Origin: Azolla caroliniana
Lineage: Eukaryota > Plantae > Polypodiophyta
DNA: 64,000 bases
Direction: 5' to 3'
Assembly: GCA_043228905.1 (NCBI GenBank)
Contig: JBHGNT010000013.1
Coordinates: 12,462,001 to 12,526,000 of the forward strand
The notes beneath the pieces are model-generated. The model made no database searches. It saw only the letters and a list, made by a program, of their open reading frames with translations, and was not told the origin of the DNA. The position numbers and the translations under genes were made by a program. Shown piece by piece: positions 60,062-64,000 of the stretch (the first letter of the stretch is position 1; each line of letters opens with the position of its first letter).

Positions 60062-61856
60062 ATGTCCTGTCCACGAGACAAACATCATGATATTCGCCAC
60101 TTTCCACCACAGCCTAGACAGTTAATACACCGGATGGATGGAAACCTGCAGAAGCTCCGTTGCCTCTTCTCTCACTTCTTCCATCGGATTAGTACTCATG
60201 ATCGCAATTGTACCAAGTATCTCGCTCCTGGATCTGGTAACTTCTACAAATCGAATCAATTGGCTTAAGTATATGTATATCGTTCGTTCTGTATGTAAGG
60301 TTCCATGGAAGCTGGGGATCCTAACGAGCGCTCAATATAACTGTTGCTTCATCATGTCTTTGCAGGATCCCAAAGAGTCAATTTTAAGGAAAAGCCAATG
60401 GTCCAGAGGAGCGTGTCATTATCGGTAAGTAAGCTCCTTTCGCAATGAAGATTACGTATTGGGAAATGTATTTTTAGGAAACCTGAATCTAGATTAATGA
60501 CGAGTTGTGTACTTGTGTTTGATTATGCAGAGAGCTCGCAATACCTATAGATCAAATGTTTTCGCAGAATCATGTGATCAATCAGAGATGGTCGCTTCTT
60601 CGTCTACGGCTAGTAATTATAATACGAGATCGAGGAAAACTGATGAAACGTATTATTCATCAGTATCTGTGGGTAAAGATCATGGTTTGGCTATGGTGAT
60701 GGAGCTGCATAAGCTCCTTGATGCTAAGGAGGAGCCTTTCGTGCTCCAAGATTCCATCCGAGATAAGATACATCCTGTGAGAAGTAAGAGCAGCCGGGGT
60801 CTGATGGGGATGATGACTCCGACGGTTATCAGAGATTCGCGAGATGAAGAAGACTCACTAGAAGAGGTGATTCATGGAAGACGAAAATCAGTAGAATCAG
60901 TAGAAGACTGCCACGAATTAGCTCCCTGCGATGCTTCTGATCTCTGCACAGATCAGATTTATAAGGTGGAAATTACAGATTGTGAGAGCAATGATGGTTA
61001 TGGACAGTTAACCCAGAGAATAGCTTCTGACGATGGTGAGGCCAGGGCGGTAGATACGATTGAGCTGATTAATGGAGCTGAAGTAGATGAATCAGGTGAA
61101 TCTACTCTGATTCACGTGAATGTTCCATTTCATAATGAAGATGAAAGGAATCATCATGGCCCCCTTGATCTCTCTGCTAAATTAGATCAATCAAGTATTC
61201 TGCAGCAATCCAGCCCCGTTTCTGTCCTCGATAGAGTATCCCTCGAAGAAGACGAAGAAGAAGACGAAGACAGATCGAGTTCTACATATGTAATGAATCC
61301 TCTTCCCCCAGATTGTTGCTTCCTTCCTGCAGACAACCATACCAGCACAATCTCGGAAGCGTCTAAGCCGATTAGGTCAGGATCAATCGTATACGATCTA
61401 GAATTAGACTGTCCTTATCGACCAAACAATGCAGCTCGTGGTCATGGTGGCATCCTTAATTCGATCGAGAGTTTCAAAGATGGAAGCCGAAACCAAGCTT
61501 TAATGGCGAGCTCAATAGATTTAGGCGAGGGTAATAGCAATAATATAACTAGTTCGGATGAACCACCAGATCATGATCAAATCCATTTGAGGAGGGAGAT
61601 GATATGGCTTCGTGTTCCTGAAGAAATCCTGCAGGAGCTGGGGAGGCCGGCCATAACTTCCTTCGTTTCTGTGATAGATACCATGTTATCACCATCGCTG
61701 AGAGGTAGTACACGCCTTCAGAAACAAGAAGCCTTTGGAGCAGATGATGAATACGAAGCAGTACGTGAAGGGTTAGGGCTGGAAGTGGAGAGAAGTCTGT
61801 TCACAGTGCTTCTCCATGACCTTCTAGCGGAACTAATACTGCATCGAAATGATTGA
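60062..61856 (+). CDS. TRM/LONGIFOLIA-like (TON1-recruiting motif, DUF4378) protein; predicted exons 60062-60236, 60366-60424, 60531-61856 (~519 aa)
   Basis: QSSPVSVLD motif and C-terminal LGLEVERSLFTVLLHDLLAEL are typical of TRM/DUF4378 proteins. GT-AG introns keep the frame (175+59+1326 = 1560 nt). The 5' exons are inferred. Confidence 0.75.
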
Positions 61857-61994
61857 TTGATGGCCATTGAAAAACCCTAATCACAGGGAGTTTCTTCGAT
61901 GGAAGAACGAGCTTCCAAACTCTAAGCAGGGGGAGGGAATCAAGGATCACCACTCAAACTCGAACAGCTCTGAGAGACCAAGCAAATCGGAATG

Positions 61995-62455
61995 AAGCAT
62001 GGCATGGCACGGAATGGGAGACAGACACAGAGATGCAAGATGAGTTAGCAAGGCATGGCATGAGATGGAGATGGAGGTGGAGATGGACATAGACATGGAC
62101 ATGGACATGGACATGGACATGGACATGGACATGGACATGGAGATAAAGCAGGGGAGGGCATGAGATGGAGATGGAGATGGATATGGAGATGGACATAGAT
62201 ATAGATATAGAGATGGACATGGACATGGAGATAAAGCAGGGGAGGGCATGAGATGGAGATGGAGATGAAGCAATATGGCATGGCATTGCATGCCATGACA
62301 TGGTGATGGAGATGGAGATGAAGCAGTAAGGCATGGCATGACCTGGATATGGAACTGAAGCAGAGCAAGGCATGGCATGAGATAGAGATATTGGATGATA
62401 CACATGGCATGACATGAGAAAGAGATGGAGATAATGAAGCATGGCATGTCATGAG
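61995..62455. repeat. ATGGA(C/G)/ATGGC low-complexity satellite downstream of the host gene
   Basis: (ATGGAC)n run at ~62090-62140 and repeated GGAGATAAAGCAGGGGAGGGCATGAGATGGAG. Confidence 0.85.
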
Positions 62456-64000
62456 ATAAATGTGATTCCTTCATCCAATGCATGTATGCATGTATGCATG
62501 ATCTTCTCCGGACTAACTCGATTCACACGTAGATGCCATAATGTTGCTCGGCCGGCCTCAAGGGGGACACCCCATCCCTTGGAATCTTGCTTTCGCCCTT
62601 CACTTCAATTACTAAAAGCTTGTTCGATACACTCGTGTTTCGAGTACTAGATCCTTGTGGATTGATTAAGACATATATGATTCTCCATGCAAGGCTACTT
62701 ATGTACGAGATCACCTCGCAAAAGTCTTGATCACAAGGAATGCCAAATGCTAATGAGAGAATATCAATCTTCGCCCAATTGATCACTAGGTCGTTAACAT
62801 TGCTCTAAGAAAGTAATGTATCATATATAAAGGCTTCTGTTATCTCAATGAGAATAAGCCACATGTACAACAAATGTTGTTTGGATAAATCAAGAGCAAT
62901 GTTGTGAAATGCCCAATAATGGTTTAATTCATCATTTTTTTCGAGCACTTCTTCAATGAATTGTTCTTGTTGCTCAATACATAGATAAGATACGATGGAT
63001 GTCCTTATTTCATGTACCATTGGGTCTTCACTTGGGTACTCCAAGAAGTAATCAAGGAGCATGCAAGATGGATATGCATGACATATCCTTTTTTGCACAA
63101 GTGAGATATGAGTCATGTAACATCTTAAGTAGAAAATGTGGAACCTCTAGGGTGGGTTTTGGCATTTGTCTGCTCCTAATACTTAGGTCGTGATAACACT
63201 GAATTATTAATACCTAAAGATGTAACGTCCCTGGAAAAAACGTCAATAATTGGAAAAAAGGGGAGCACTCTCCTATCCATTAGTGATGTAACTTAAAATA
63301 AACAGGGTTTTATGCAAACGCTTGATAGCTAAAGTCAAGTAGTGCAAATTCTAACCTTTCTAAAAGAGATGCTAAAGATTGGAAATAAGGAAAGAAACTA
63401 CTCTTGCTCATGTGAAGAATGATGCGACTTTAAAATAAATCGTGGGTTGTGTTAACAACACATGGTTATTGATACATATTAAGGTCAAGATGTTTTAACT
63501 TCTAACATGAACAAGACGTACACATGATTATTGATGTGAAGATCAAAATGTTTTAACTTTTAACATACATTGATGTCTCTAGTAACACTTCAATGTTAAC
63601 AACTTAACATGACGATGTAAATAGTCTTGGAAAAGTAGTCACTTACTAGATAGAGGGATCTCATATGAGTGGTGCAACTTTAAGGAACACAAAGAGCAAA
63701 TCTTTGTCACCACAAATACCCAAAGAGCATTACTATTTCATCTCCATTTGCAGTAAAAGCAATTCTCACTACACAATGCACATGCTTTACACACCGGAAT
63801 TTGGGACCATTGTCACATTTAATATGCTTGATGGATTTGGCCAATGATTCATTACCATCCATCACTTTATGTTGCATATTTAGGTTACATGTAAGCTTTT
63901 GACATCCTGTGGTTTTGGTTTAATTGGGTTGTCATGAACAAGTTGTTTTCATGTCACCGTTGTCCTATCAATATTACAAACTAGTTTTCTTCCTACTAAC

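Noticed and set aside
61947-62483. His/Cys/Met-rich ORFs on the minus strand
   Set aside because: Translations of an ATGGAC/ATGGAG low-complexity repeat in three frames.

Overview
Eukaryotic land-plant DNA, probably a non-seed plant such as a fern or moss (inference). Bases 1 to ~52.7 kb are a deeply nested LTR-retrotransposon cluster. Ty1/Copia elements: one intact and very young (11583-16919, single ~1357-aa gag-pol ORF, 5-bp TSD TTACT), plus several decayed copies, three of which belong to one family with a long C-terminal Pol extension and lack most of RT. Ty3/Gypsy elements form a distinctive non-chromovirus group (near-intact copy at 26951-34834; decayed copies at 1-1803, 1804-5167, 18716-21357 and 43587-50609). 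This group has a tRNA-Trp PBS, 4-bp CpG-centred target sites and DHG-protease / FLDD-RT motifs. It also shows a conserved -1 frameshift cassette (G GAU UUU plus a covarying H-type pseudoknot) between Gag-PR and RT-RH-IN, and some LTRs carry a tRNA-like Pol III (A-box/B-box) cassette in U3. Beyond 52 kb lie a solo LTR, a hAT-type MITE, microsatellites and one 3-exon host gene of the TRM/LONGIFOLIA (DUF4378) family at ~60.1-61.9 kb. All coordinates were read by eye and may be off by a few bases.
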